DNA of 64,000 bases from Patescibacteria group bacterium (GTDB lineage Bacteria; Patescibacteriota; Patescibacteriia; UBA1558; GWA2-36-10). This document shows, in pieces, positions 1-9,292 of the stretch (positions within the stretch are counted from its first letter, which is position 1; each line of letters starts with the position of its first letter). The DNA is taken from positions 33,011 to 97,010 of the forward strand of contig JBAZSG010000003.1 in assembly GCA_041662585.1 (NCBI GenBank), given 5' to 3'. Below the pieces are notes generated by a model. It was not told the origin of the DNA. It ran no database searches and saw nothing but the letters and a program-made list of their open reading frames with translations. The translations under genes and the position numbers were made by a program.

Positions 1-53
1 GCAATCTTTCTTTATTTACTTATAGTTGTGTAGCTCGGGCATACAGCTATAAT

Positions 54-1022
54 ATGATAGATTTTGTTAATGTTAGTTACGGCCCTATAGCTGCTTATGG
101 TAATAAAGATTATTGGTATTCTTTGTTGAATATGCAGTATTTGACTGATAGTATAGCTAAAAATATACTTGAAGATGATAAATGGTTGGATAAGGTAAGG
201 AAAAAATCCTTGGATAACTTTGAAAAGTTTAAGGAAAATTTTAATAGACAACTGAAGTTAGTAGAATCAAAACCAATAGATTTTTTAATTTGGGTTATAA
301 AAAATTATCCTGATTATTTTGCTAGTCTAGGTTTATATAATGGACTTTGGCGTTATATGGAATATAATAATAACAGCCAGAGAAATATGGCTGATGGCAG
401 TACTGACAAAATAGCTGATGAAAGAAGTCAAGTGGCGATACTTTATCCTTTGGTAGAAAAGTATCTCAAGAGTGCTATTAAATCGATGCTTTCGAGTCTT
501 AATTTGCCGAAAATAGATTATTTGTTATTAACTAGAGAAGAATTGCAAGATGTTTTGGAAAATAATATGGTAAATAAAGAATTACAAATCCTGATAAAGA
601 AAAGAAGTAAAGGTTATGTATATTTATACAAAGATAATATAGAGACCATTATTTTTGATAAAGATGTTTTGAATAAAGTCAAAGATTATGCTATTCCTAA
701 AGTAAAAAATTCAGACATTGTTTACGGCATAGCAGCCTATGGGGGGCTAGTTAAGGGTAAAGTAGTTTTGGATTTAAAAAACTTTGCATCTTATAAAGAG
801 CCAATTTATATTACAGCCATGACTCATCCAGATGAGGTTCCTTGGCTTAAAAAATGTTTAGCTATAGTAACTGATGAAGGAGGAGTATTGTCTCATGTAG
901 CAGTGATTGCCAGGGAATTTAAAATACCTGCGCTTATGGGTACTAAAGTAGCTACCCAAATATTTAAAGATGGCGATATGGTGGAGGTGGATGCTAATAA
1001 AGGGATTGTGAAGAAAATATGA
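54..1022 (+). CDS. PEP-utilizing-enzyme mobile (phosphohistidine swivel) domain protein, paralog 1; 5' end uncertain (frame open to window start)
   Basis: C-terminus ...IVTDEGGVLSHVAVIAREFKIPALMGTKVATQIFKDGDMVEVDANKGIVKKI matches the PEP-utilizers swivel domain (GGxTSHAAIxAREL in PpsA/PPDK/EI). The N-terminal part is unique. The stop overlaps the next start (ATGA). Confidence 0.6.
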   Translation: MIDFVNVSYGPIAAYGNKDYWYSLLNMQYLTDSIAKNILEDDKWLDKVRKKSLDNFEKFKENFNRQLKLVESKPIDFLIWVIKNYPDYFASLGLYNGLWRYMEYNNNSQRNMADGSTDKIADERSQVAILYPLVEKYLKSAIKSMLSSLNLPKIDYLLLTREELQDVLENNMVNKELQILIKKRSKGYVYLYKDNIETIIFDKDVLNKVKDYAIPKVKNSDIVYGIAAYGGLVKGKVVLDLKNFASYKEPIYITAMTHPDEVPWLKKCLAIVTDEGGVLSHVAVIAREFKIPALMGTKVATQIFKDGDMVEVDANKGIVKKI

Positions 1023-2035
1023 ATTTAGATTTTGATAAATCATTAAATTATGAAAGACACCAACGTGATTATTCTATTGTAGTCACTACCCTTGTGTTTA
1101 GAGGTTTGTACAATCAAAATGCCAAGTTTTTTGGTGTAGCTCCTACGGCTTGTTATCTAATAATTAAAAACGATGTTTTATATCATTATATGTCTAAGTA
1201 TGATGGTAAAAGGCGCATGGAAAATTGGCTTCAAAACAATAATATCAAATCTTTTAAAGATCAAGAAAAAATATATTCTGAAAAATTAGAAAAATTTAAT
1301 AAATTTTATAATCAGCAGCCAGATGATTTATTTTTAGCTTTAAAATTGAGCCACGATTTTTTTGTAGATTTCACAGAAATAATTTTATTGGGTTATGAAC
1401 TGCCTTTGTATATGAAAGATATTGCACCTAAAGAAATTATAGATTTTGCTTTTGCTATTAGGCATAAATACGAAGATGTTCACAAAAGAAATGTTGATAT
1501 AACACTAAAGATTTTAAATAAATTGGAAGAAAAGTATAAAATCGAGAAAAATACATTGTCTTATCTAACTATAGATGAGCTAGAAAAATTTTTAAAAACA
1601 GCCGAGTTGCCAGATATTGAAGATAGAAGAAAATATGTATTAATAAAATATGATGGTGATTATTCTTTTTTCTACGACCAAAAAACTTGGAATATTTTAA
1701 ACCCAAAAATAGCTAAAGAATTTGTCCGTGGTAGGACAGCTTTTAAGGGAAAAGTACAAGGCATAGTAAAAGTAATAAATAAGATAAAAGAGGCTGACGA
1801 TTTGAAAGAAGGAGAGATTTTAATTACCAGTATGACAGACCCTCGCTATGTACCAGCTATGAAAAGAGCCGGAGCTATTGTCACTGATGAAGGAGGTATT
1901 ACTTGTCATGCGGCTATAGTTTCTCGTGAGTTAAAAATTCCGTGTGTTATCGGCACAAAAGTTGCTACGGAGATTTTTAAAAATGGCGATATGGTCGAAG
2001 TCGATGCTAATAGTGGTATAGTTAGAAAAATATGA
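1019..2035 (+). CDS. PEP-utilizing-enzyme mobile domain protein, paralog 2 (unique N-terminal domain)
   Basis: C-terminus ...AIVTDEGGITCHAAIVSRELKIPCVIGTKVATEIFKNGDMVEVDANSGIVRKI. There is a 4-nt overlap with both neighbouring genes. Confidence 0.65.
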   Translation: MNLDFDKSLNYERHQRDYSIVVTTLVFRGLYNQNAKFFGVAPTACYLIIKNDVLYHYMSKYDGKRRMENWLQNNNIKSFKDQEKIYSEKLEKFNKFYNQQPDDLFLALKLSHDFFVDFTEIILLGYELPLYMKDIAPKEIIDFAFAIRHKYEDVHKRNVDITLKILNKLEEKYKIEKNTLSYLTIDELEKFLKTAELPDIEDRRKYVLIKYDGDYSFFYDQKTWNILNPKIAKEFVRGRTAFKGKVQGIVKVINKIKEADDLKEGEILITSMTDPRYVPAMKRAGAIVTDEGGITCHAAIVSRELKIPCVIGTKVATEIFKNGDMVEVDANSGIVRKI

Positions 2036-3438
2036 ATATTATGAAAGTAGATAAATATCAAAGAGTATTTGAAAATCAAAATGTAAGGCCATATTATTCT
2101 ATACCTCACAATCAAGGTTTTGGCGAGCCATTAAAAGAATTGGTTAACTATGAATATGATAGAGTAATATACGTGATTTCAGAATCATACGGTAATAAAG
2201 CATATATTCACGAAGATGAAATAAACAAAGGAGCTAATTATTTTTCTAAAATTTGGAAAGATTCAAAAAAGACTAAGGAGATTTTAGCCGAGATAAGAAA
2301 ACGTTTTTTAAATGCCAAAAAACTAGAATTCAATTTATGGAAAATAGATATAATAAATATCAAGGAAGAAAAATTGGTAAGTAAATTAAATAAAATACAA
2401 GACATGTTACTTAATATTTTAAGTGCTCATGTCATTAGCCAGCCACCTCATATAAAAAGTTTGGAAAAGGAGTTAAATAATAGCCTTGAAAAAATAAAAG
2501 ATGTTGATCAATCATTATTAATTAGATCTTTTACACATTTTGAGGGTGTTTTGCCACACGCAGAGGAAGAAAAAGAAATAGAAAAATATAATAAATTATG
2601 GTCAAATATAGACAGCGATAAGAGAGAGACTATATTAGAAGAGTTGGTAAAAAAATATGGTTGGATAAATGCTGTAGAGGGAGATAAACCATATTCTAAA
2701 GAACATTATAAAAATAAAATAGAAACATATAAAAAGTCTTCTGATATAGAATTGTTAGATTTGAGTAAGTATTCTGTACCGCAAGCAGTAAAAATTGGAA
2801 AACTAATTGGTGAATTAGGCTTTTTACGTTTTTGGTCTAGATTTCATATGTTGGCTCTACATTATCAAATGAAACGTATAGTAAAAGAATTAGCCATCAA
2901 AAAAGAAAATAATTTAATAAATTTAATGACCGTAAAAGAAATTACTAATTATATAAATGGAGATGAAATAAATCTTAAAGAGATAGAAAAAAGAAAGAAA
3001 GGTTATGTGGTTTATTTAAAAAATGGAAAAAGTCATTTAGTGTCTGGCCAAGAAACTGATAAATATATTAAACTTACCAAGGAAGATGAATTGTCTCAAA
3101 AACAGATATCTGGATTTGTAGCATGCAGAGGTTTAATAAAAGCTAAAGCTAGAATTATTGATTTTAATTCAAAAGATTATAATAAAGAAGTATCTCAGTT
3201 TAAAAAAGGAGAAATTCTAGTCACAGGTATGACCCGTCCACAAATTGTACATCTATGTAATAAAGCCTCAGCTATTGTAACTGATGAAGGAGGTATAACA
3301 AGCCATGCAGCGGTAGTCAGTAGAGAATTAAATATTCCTTGTGTAATAGGTACTAAAGATGCCACTAAAATTTTTAAAACGGGAGATTTTTTAGAAGTAG
3401 ATGCCAATAAAGGAATAATAACAAAGATTATTAATTAA
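2032..3438 (+). CDS. PEP-utilizing-enzyme mobile domain protein, paralog 3 (unique 380-aa N-terminal region)
   Basis: C-terminus ...AIVTDEGGITSHAAVVSRELNIPCVIGTKDATKIFKTGDFLEVDANKGIITKI. Confidence 0.65.
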   Translation: MNIMKVDKYQRVFENQNVRPYYSIPHNQGFGEPLKELVNYEYDRVIYVISESYGNKAYIHEDEINKGANYFSKIWKDSKKTKEILAEIRKRFLNAKKLEFNLWKIDIINIKEEKLVSKLNKIQDMLLNILSAHVISQPPHIKSLEKELNNSLEKIKDVDQSLLIRSFTHFEGVLPHAEEEKEIEKYNKLWSNIDSDKRETILEELVKKYGWINAVEGDKPYSKEHYKNKIETYKKSSDIELLDLSKYSVPQAVKIGKLIGELGFLRFWSRFHMLALHYQMKRIVKELAIKKENNLINLMTVKEITNYINGDEINLKEIEKRKKGYVVYLKNGKSHLVSGQETDKYIKLTKEDELSQKQISGFVACRGLIKAKARIIDFNSKDYNKEVSQFKKGEILVTGMTRPQIVHLCNKASAIVTDEGGITSHAAVVSRELNIPCVIGTKDATKIFKTGDFLEVDANKGIITKIIN

Positions 3439-3446
3439 TATAATTT

Positions 3447-4373
3447 ATGAGTGAAAAAGAAATGGAAATTATGCCTCAAGGGGGCATAGAAAAACAAAGC
3501 GAAAAGGAAAGAGGTCTAAATAATAGAATATTGCTTAAAATAATTCGTCATGGTGAAAAAACCCCCGAAGGTGCTTTAACTGATTATGGTAGAGAAAAAA
3601 CTAGAGAGACAGTAGCAAATGACAAAAAAATAATAGAAGGCATACAAAAAGTAAAAGTTATGGGTAGTAATGCTGGTCCTAAAAATGAAGCTGGACAAGC
3701 TAGAGCTTTGGAGACAGCTGATATTTATGCAAACACACTGGTTAATGAGGAATATTCTGATCCAGAAATAATAAAGTATGAATCTCGTGCTAGATCAATA
3801 TTGGAAGTGGTTGGTCAAAATACACAACCGCCTTTTAATTGGGGTAAGGAGTATAAAGAAAATTTACCTGAAAATTTTTCAGAATTATCTGATGAGGATA
3901 AAGCAATTGCATCAGCTGAAGCCAATGAAAAAAATCTGACAAAATTAATGACTATGCCCGAAGCAGAAGATTATCGTCAGGAAATATCAGCTAGGTATGC
4001 TATGTTTATAAATACCTATATCAAAATGATAGACCGTATAGAAAATGATCAAAAGATTATGTATCCAGTAGGGGCTCATGGTGGACAAATAGAATTGTTT
4101 TTACAAAAATGTTTAAAACGTAAAACAGAAGATGGTGATGAAATTATTGGTTTTAAGGATAGTAAAGAACTAGGAGGTTCTTTTAATCCTAGTGAAGGAT
4201 TTTTTATTGATATCACCACTGATCAAAATGGAGAAAAGAAAATAGAATTCAATTTTGATGATCCAAAAAGGTTTGAGGGTGAAGAATTGTCACTTGATTT
4301 AGATACTATGTATGAACTTATAGATAAATATAAAGAAAAGTATGGTTCTTTTTATGATAAACAAAACGATTAA
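3447..4373 (+). CDS. histidine phosphatase superfamily (phosphoglycerate-mutase-like) protein
   Basis: N-terminal LLKIIRHGEKTPEGALTDYGREKTRE carries the RHG catalytic motif. A later VGAHGG matches the second-His motif of the PGM-like fold. Confidence 0.5.
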   Translation: MSEKEMEIMPQGGIEKQSEKERGLNNRILLKIIRHGEKTPEGALTDYGREKTRETVANDKKIIEGIQKVKVMGSNAGPKNEAGQARALETADIYANTLVNEEYSDPEIIKYESRARSILEVVGQNTQPPFNWGKEYKENLPENFSELSDEDKAIASAEANEKNLTKLMTMPEAEDYRQEISARYAMFINTYIKMIDRIENDQKIMYPVGAHGGQIELFLQKCLKRKTEDGDEIIGFKDSKELGGSFNPSEGFFIDITTDQNGEKKIEFNFDDPKRFEGEELSLDLDTMYELIDKYKEKYGSFYDKQND

Positions 4374-4389
4374 TTATTATATAAATAAA

Positions 4390-4431
4390 ATAGAAGTAGA
4401 TGCCACAAAAGGTATAGTGAGGAAAGTATAA
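4390..4431 (+). pseudogene. orphan 3' relic of a PEP-utilizer swivel-domain paralog (..IEVDATKGIVRKV*)
   Basis: The in-frame translation of gaagtagatgccacaaaaggtatagtgaggaaagtataa is EVDATKGIVRKV-stop. That is nearly identical to the paralog C-termini VEVDANKGIVKKI and VEVDANSGIVRKI. A stop lies a few codons upstream. Confidence 0.55.
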
Positions 4432-4496
4432 AATAGGCATTAGACAATTTGGTTATTATTAGCTAAACTTTTAATATAATTATTTATATTTTAAAA

Positions 4497-5330
4497 ATGA
4501 AAATATTGATCATAGGCAAAGGCTATCTGGGTACTCGTTGTGCTGAGGCCTGGAAAAATGCTGTCATTAGCGACAAGATCGTAGTCACAGTCAAAGACGT
4601 GGAAGAGCTTATTGACCAACATCAGCCCGATGCTATTTTAAATGCGGCTGGTGTAGTGGGTAAACCAAATGTAGATTGGTGCGAAAACCATCAAATAGAA
4701 ACTATCAAAGGCAATACTATTTTGCCGTTGATTATAGCGGAAGCTTGTCAAAACAAGGGCGTTTATCTTTTACATATGGCCACCGGTTGTATTTTTTATG
4801 GACAGTCTCCTCACGGTGGTCCATGGACAGAAGAGGATTACGGCAATCCAACAGCGGTTTACACCAAATCAAAACTGGCGGCTGATTTAGCTCTGTCTAC
4901 TTTGCCCAATGTCGGTATTGCTCGTATTCGTATGCCTTTTGATAGCTGCTCTCATCCAGCTAATCTCATTGATAAGCTGGCTAAATATGAAAAAATAATT
5001 GATGTAGAAAATTCCATGACGGTAGTAGATGATATGATTGATGTTTTTTATCAATTACTTGAAAAGAAAGCTGAAGGGATATTTCATGTGACCAATCCAG
5101 GGTCCATCAAACACAAAGAAATAATGGAGCTTTACAAAAAATATGTAGATCCAAATCACAGAAATGAATGGATTACCGAAGAAGATTTGGTCAAGCTCGG
5201 GCTGGCCAATAAAAAAAGATCAAATAATATTATGACCTCTTTAAATCTGCCTAAATATGGTATTAAAATGCGGCCGATAAAAGAAGCCGTTGAAGAGGCT
5301 CTTAAAAAATACGCTAAAGGTAAAAAATAA
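4497..5330 (+). CDS. dTDP-4-dehydrorhamnose reductase-like (RmlD-family) sugar-nucleotide reductase
   Basis: MKILIIGKGYLGTRCAEAW Rossmann N-terminus, RmlD-like length and layout. GC is noticeably higher (~40-45%) than in the flanks. Confidence 0.5.
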   Translation: MKILIIGKGYLGTRCAEAWKNAVISDKIVVTVKDVEELIDQHQPDAILNAAGVVGKPNVDWCENHQIETIKGNTILPLIIAEACQNKGVYLLHMATGCIFYGQSPHGGPWTEEDYGNPTAVYTKSKLAADLALSTLPNVGIARIRMPFDSCSHPANLIDKLAKYEKIIDVENSMTVVDDMIDVFYQLLEKKAEGIFHVTNPGSIKHKEIMELYKKYVDPNHRNEWITEEDLVKLGLANKKRSNNIMTSLNLPKYGIKMRPIKEAVEEALKKYAKGKK

Positions 5331-5332
5331 TT

Positions 5333-6061
5333 ATGAGAGGAATAATTTTAGCCGGCGGAGCCGGTAATAGATTGAAACCCTTGACTAAAGTAACTTCTAA
5401 ACAGTTACTGCCTATTTATGATCAGCCGATGATCTATTATCCACTGCAGACTTTAATCAATGGCGGTATCCAAGATATTTTGGTGATTTCTGATCCTAAT
5501 AATATTGGCAATATTGTCCGGTTATTAGGTAGTGGTAAAGATTTTGGTGTCAGAATTCGCTATGAGGTCCAAGATAGTCCCGACGGTCTAGCTCAGGCAT
5601 TTTTGCTTGGTGAGATTTTTATCGGTGATGATGATGTAACTCTTATACTGGGCGACAATCTTTTTGTCGGCGATGGTAAATTTTTGGAGGAAGCGATTCG
5701 AAGTTTTAAGGGTGGTGGTCGGGTTTTTGCCAAGGAAGTGCCAGATCCAGAAAGATATGGTGTAGTAGATTTTGACAAAAAGGGGCAAGCCATTAGCATT
5801 GAAGAAAAACCAAAAAATCCCAAAAGTAATTATGCGGTCACTGGTTTATATATTTATGATAATGGTGTAATTGCCAAAGCCAAAAGTTTGAAACCTTCGG
5901 CTCGCGGAGAATTGGAAATTACCGATGTTAATAATCTTTACCTTAAAGAAGGAAGATTAGATGTCAGAATTTATAAAGATTATTGGCTAGACACCGGTAC
6001 TTTTGATGCTTTACTTGAAGCCGGAAATACTATTGCTAAATTGAGAAAAAATGCTAAATAA
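5333..6061 (+). CDS. glucose-1-phosphate thymidylyltransferase-like nucleotidyltransferase (RmlA family, short form)
   Basis: MRGIILAGGAGNRLKPLTKVTSKQLLPIYDQPMIYYPL is the canonical RmlA/RfbA N-terminus. Confidence 0.65.
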   Translation: MRGIILAGGAGNRLKPLTKVTSKQLLPIYDQPMIYYPLQTLINGGIQDILVISDPNNIGNIVRLLGSGKDFGVRIRYEVQDSPDGLAQAFLLGEIFIGDDDVTLILGDNLFVGDGKFLEEAIRSFKGGGRVFAKEVPDPERYGVVDFDKKGQAISIEEKPKNPKSNYAVTGLYIYDNGVIAKAKSLKPSARGELEITDVNNLYLKEGRLDVRIYKDYWLDTGTFDALLEAGNTIAKLRKNAK

Positions 6062-6063
6062 GT

Positions 6064-6833
6064 ATGAATTTTGAAAATGTTAATGCTAATCTAGAAAAAG
6101 AAAGTAAAGGTGAAAATGTAATTGTTCATTCTGTTTTTATTCGTCATGGAGAAAAATTTCATGATATAAATAATCCAGAAACAGAACTTACTCCTAAAGG
6201 GAGAGAGGCGAGTCGTGAAATTGGAAAAAATAGGCCGGAAGTTGATGCTATAAAAGGCTATAGTAGTGATACTCAAAGAACCCAAACTATGATCCAAATA
6301 ATGAATTTACCAAGAAATTGCAAGGGATAAAAGAAGAGTTGCTAGGAAAAGGATATGATGATTTATCAGAGAATCAAAAAGAAGCCAGGTTAGATGAATA
6401 CAACTCTGTTATTACTGATTGTTATTTAGCTTTGGGTGATCAGAGACCAGATCCAAATACTTATTCCCCAGTAGAAACAGCCGCTACTATGGCCAAGATA
6501 TTGGATAATAATATTAGGATGGCCGATAGATTAAAATCTAATTCAGAAGTTGATTTGGTCAATGCCACACATGATTTTAATATAGTAGCTTTCTTAAAGG
6601 AAGTCTTGGTAAGAAAAATAGATGATAAAAAAGTAGTTGGTTTTGATTCTGTTAAGGAAATAGGAGGAAGTATGGAATTTAATGGTGGTTTTGAAGTTTT
6701 AATAAAGACAGATAATGATGGGCACAAAACTCTAAAAATATTATTTAGAGGAGAAGAATACGAAATAGATGAGACAAGATTAACAGAATTAGTACAAATA
6801 GCCAAAGATTTAAAAAAGCAAGATGAAAAATAA
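6064..6833 (+). pseudogene. histidine phosphatase superfamily paralog, interrupted by a frameshift (ORFs 6064..6330 and 6318..6833)
   Basis: ORF1 has VFIRHGEKFHDINNPETELTPKGREASRE (RHG motif). ORF2 (KEIGGSMEFNGGFEVLIKTDNDGHKTLKILFRGEEYE, VNATHDFN) aligns to the C-terminal two-thirds of 3447..4373. The frame switch lies around 6300-6330. Confidence 0.5.
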
Positions 6834-6850
6834 TATAATAATTTATATAT

Positions 6851-7147
6851 ATGCCAAAATTAAATATAAAACCTTCAAGCAAGGCTAAGCTTAAGATTAA
6901 AAGGCCTATTAAAACAGAATCTAAGTTAGAAAAACTTAATAAAATATTAGATAGAGTACGTCCAGCACTAGAGCGAGATGGAGGCAATCTAGAGCTGATC
7001 AATTTTGATGAAAAAAATGGTTTAGTTGAAATTACATTTCAAGGTGCTTGCGCTCATTGTTCTTTGGCTGATGTTACATTAAAACATTTGATAGAATCTG
7101 AAATTAGAGCTCAAATGCCAGAAATAAAAGAAGTAAGATCTATATGA
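6851..7147 (+). CDS. NifU-like (Nfu-type) Fe-S cluster domain protein
   Basis: VRPALERDGGNLELINFDEKNGLVEITFQGACAHCSLADVTLKHLIESEI matches the NifU C-terminal / Nfu domain pattern (G-x-C-x-x-C ... TLK). The stop overlaps the start of the next gene. Confidence 0.6.
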   Translation: MPKLNIKPSSKAKLKIKRPIKTESKLEKLNKILDRVRPALERDGGNLELINFDEKNGLVEITFQGACAHCSLADVTLKHLIESEIRAQMPEIKEVRSI

Positions 7148-8502
7148 GTAGAAAGTATGATTTTATGTCAAAACCTTGGGTATATTCTATTTCTAGAAAT
7201 ATACATTTTTGGCACGATGAATTATCTATTAAATATAGTTATGCAGGTTGTAAGAAATTAAAATTACCTTCTTTTCATTATGCTCGGATTAATAATACAG
7301 GTCATGGAGATTTTTTTTATTTAGAAACAGGAGAGTATGGTAAGGATAAATTTAATAAAGCTTTAGAAGATAATTTTAAAGATAAAAAATATATTAATTT
7401 TTTAGAAAATTATTATATCAGTAATGGAGAAAAATTGGTTGAACATTCTAAAAAATTAAAATTAGATTATAAAGAATTTAAAGATTATTTTACAGAATAT
7501 GGAATAATGTGTCCTACTTTAGATGGTACTAACACAGGCAGTAAAATTATTACAGATTATTTATTAAATAAGTTATCTAGCTATCCTGATGCTACTGACA
7601 TTATTTCTTATTACTCTCAAATGCCTAAAAAAAGTCCCATGCAGAAGATGGATGAGGAGTTAGCTAAAGGCATTAAAAATAAAGTAGATAAAAAGAAATT
7701 AGCTAAAACATTATATAATAAGTATTGTTGGATACCAATTAGTTTTATTGGAGATCCTTGGGATTTAAAATATTTTGAAGATAAGATTAAAAAATATAGT
7801 CCAAATAAAGAACATAAATTATCTAAACCAAAAGTTCAAATAGCAGATAATTTAATGTATTACTTAAAATTATTAGGTAAAATAGCTTATTTAAATGAAT
7901 ATAGAAAATCTGTTTTTACTAGAGCCAATTATTATATTAGGCCGTTATTAGAAAAAATTGCTCAGGAGTATAATTTGGGTACTTGGAAAGAAATAAATCT
8001 TTTAGCTAGTAATGAGATATTAGATTTATTAGATGGTAAAGATGATTATCAAAAAAAATTGATAAAAGAGAGAAGAAAGGACTGGTTAATGTATGCGGTT
8101 GGTCGAGAGGGTATTGATTATGTCCATGGAAAGTTGGTAAAAGATTTTAGAAATAAATTTATGCCAAAAGCGAATGGTTTAAATTATGTTTCAGGTACAA
8201 TTGCCAATAAAGGTAAGGTCAGAGGTGTAGTAAAAATTATATATGAACCAAAAGATTTTAATAAGTTTAAGAAAGGGGATATATTAGTAGCTAAGATGAC
8301 CTCTATTGATTTTATACCAATAATGAAGCGTGCGGCAGCTTTTGTTACTAACGAAGGGGGTTTAGCATGTCATGCAGCTATAGTTTCTCGTGAATTAAAC
8401 ATCCCCTGTATAATAGGAGCTAAGATAGCTACCGAAGTTTTTAAAGACGGTGACAGAGTAGAAGTAGATGCTAATAGAGGTATAGTTAAGAAGATAAAAT
8501 AA
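7144..8502 (+). CDS. PEP-utilizing-enzyme mobile domain protein, paralog 4 (unique N-terminal domain)
   Basis: C-terminus ...AAFVTNEGGLACHAAIVSRELNIPCIIGAKIATEVFKDGDRVEVDANRGIVKKIK. Confidence 0.65.
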   Translation: MSRKYDFMSKPWVYSISRNIHFWHDELSIKYSYAGCKKLKLPSFHYARINNTGHGDFFYLETGEYGKDKFNKALEDNFKDKKYINFLENYYISNGEKLVEHSKKLKLDYKEFKDYFTEYGIMCPTLDGTNTGSKIITDYLLNKLSSYPDATDIISYYSQMPKKSPMQKMDEELAKGIKNKVDKKKLAKTLYNKYCWIPISFIGDPWDLKYFEDKIKKYSPNKEHKLSKPKVQIADNLMYYLKLLGKIAYLNEYRKSVFTRANYYIRPLLEKIAQEYNLGTWKEINLLASNEILDLLDGKDDYQKKLIKERRKDWLMYAVGREGIDYVHGKLVKDFRNKFMPKANGLNYVSGTIANKGKVRGVVKIIYEPKDFNKFKKGDILVAKMTSIDFIPIMKRAAAFVTNEGGLACHAAIVSRELNIPCIIGAKIATEVFKDGDRVEVDANRGIVKKIK

Positions 8503-8520
8503 TTTTAGACAAACGGAAAA

Positions 8521-8573
8521 GCGGCGACACGTTGTGTGTGTCGCCGCTTTGTTGTTAGTCCGTTGAGCGGACT
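8521..8573. terminator. pair of GC-rich hairpins (gcggcgacac..gtgtcgccgc and agtccgttgagcggact) acting as a bidirectional terminator
   Basis: Perfect inverted repeats, followed by a T-rich run on either strand. Confidence 0.55.
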
Positions 8574-9147
8574 ACTCTTCAATCCAGACGGCATCGATAC
8601 TGCCGTCGTCGTATAGGCGGAAGCGAATCGCTTCCATGGCATCGAGGCTGTGAGCATCGGTCATGCCGAGACACTTGGCCAGCATGGGGATGGTGGGATC
8701 GTGGAAGATCCCGACACCGTGCTGACCCGAATCCATCAGGTCGAACATCTGCTTGAGAGCATTGCGGGCTCCAATGTTGAAGTCAACGAGTACCTGCCGG
8801 TCGATGTTTACGAGCACGGCCTCCATATTGGAGAGGCCACCCTTGATGTCGGCCCGGACATGGTCGGTGATGATAGTGGCGAACAGTTCGCTACTACCGA
8901 GACCGTGGATCGGGTCATGCATCTTCACATGAGTGAAGGCCTGATTGGCTGTCATCATGGCGATGGCGGTTTCGCAGGTGCGGGCGAGAGGCCCCCAGAA
9001 GAGATGGTGAATATTCATGTTGCCTTCGTCGTAGCGCTCCGAGCCTATTTCGTAGGCGTAGGTGGCTCCGTCATAGGAGACATGATTGCCACCGGTATCT
9101 TTGTGCGTGTGGCGATACAAGTCTACGGTTTTGGTTATCTGGGCCAT
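8572..9147 (-). CDS. GC-rich histidine phosphatase superfamily-like protein (start placed at MAQITK..)
   Basis: Strong GC3 codon periodicity. The SD AGGGAGG lies 6 nt upstream of the ATG at 9147. DLYRHTHKD and later WGPLARTCETA resemble the RHG and S-x-L-x-RA-x-QTA motifs of the PGM/SixA fold. The ORF track's longer start at 9213 has no RBS. Confidence 0.45.
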   Translation of the reverse strand: MAQITKTVDLYRHTHKDTGGNHVSYDGATYAYEIGSERYDEGNMNIHHLFWGPLARTCETAIAMMTANQAFTHVKMHDPIHGLGSSELFATIITDHVRADIKGGLSNMEAVLVNIDRQVLVDFNIGARNALKQMFDLMDSGQHGVGIFHDPTIPMLAKCLGMTDAHSLDAMEAIRFRLYDDGSIDAVWIEE

Positions 9148-9222
9148 TTTGGGCCTCCCTGTTTTGGGTTTTGTATGGTACGCCCCTAAATATAGGGGAT
9201 TCTTGTATTTCAAGAATATATT

Positions 9223-9251
9223 AGTATAGCATATTTTTTATTTAATGTCAA
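9223..9251 (-). promoter_or_regulatory. sigma70-like promoter TTGACA-N17-(TGc)TATACT for 8572..9147
   Basis: The reverse complement reads ttgacattaaataaaaaatatgctatact, with an extended -10 TGn. Confidence 0.5.
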
Positions 9252-9292
9252 TATATATAATATATATTATATAGTAAAAAATACTATAAACA

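Noticed and set aside
54-1022. Treating paralog 1 as complete
   Set aside because: Not rejected as a gene. However, its frame is open to position 3, so the true start may lie upstream of the window. Its 5' coordinate is therefore uncertain.
4676-4885. 69-aa plus-strand ORF inside the rmlD-like gene
   Set aside because: Alternative frame of a well-supported CDS.
8650-9189. 179-aa plus-strand ORF antisense to the GC-rich gene, and the Arg/Cys-rich ORF 12341-12622
   Set aside because: High-GC DNA is poor in stop codons, so long spurious frames are expected. GC3 periodicity and the SD sites support the minus-strand frames instead.
8510-9200. GC-rich islands as possible rRNA/tRNA or other structural RNA genes
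   Set aside because: Islands 1 and 3 and the 12222-12719 part of island 2 show clear codon periodicity (GC3 bias) and RBS-preceded starts. No tRNA cloverleaf or rRNA signature was seen. Only 12881-13319 is kept as an RNA candidate.
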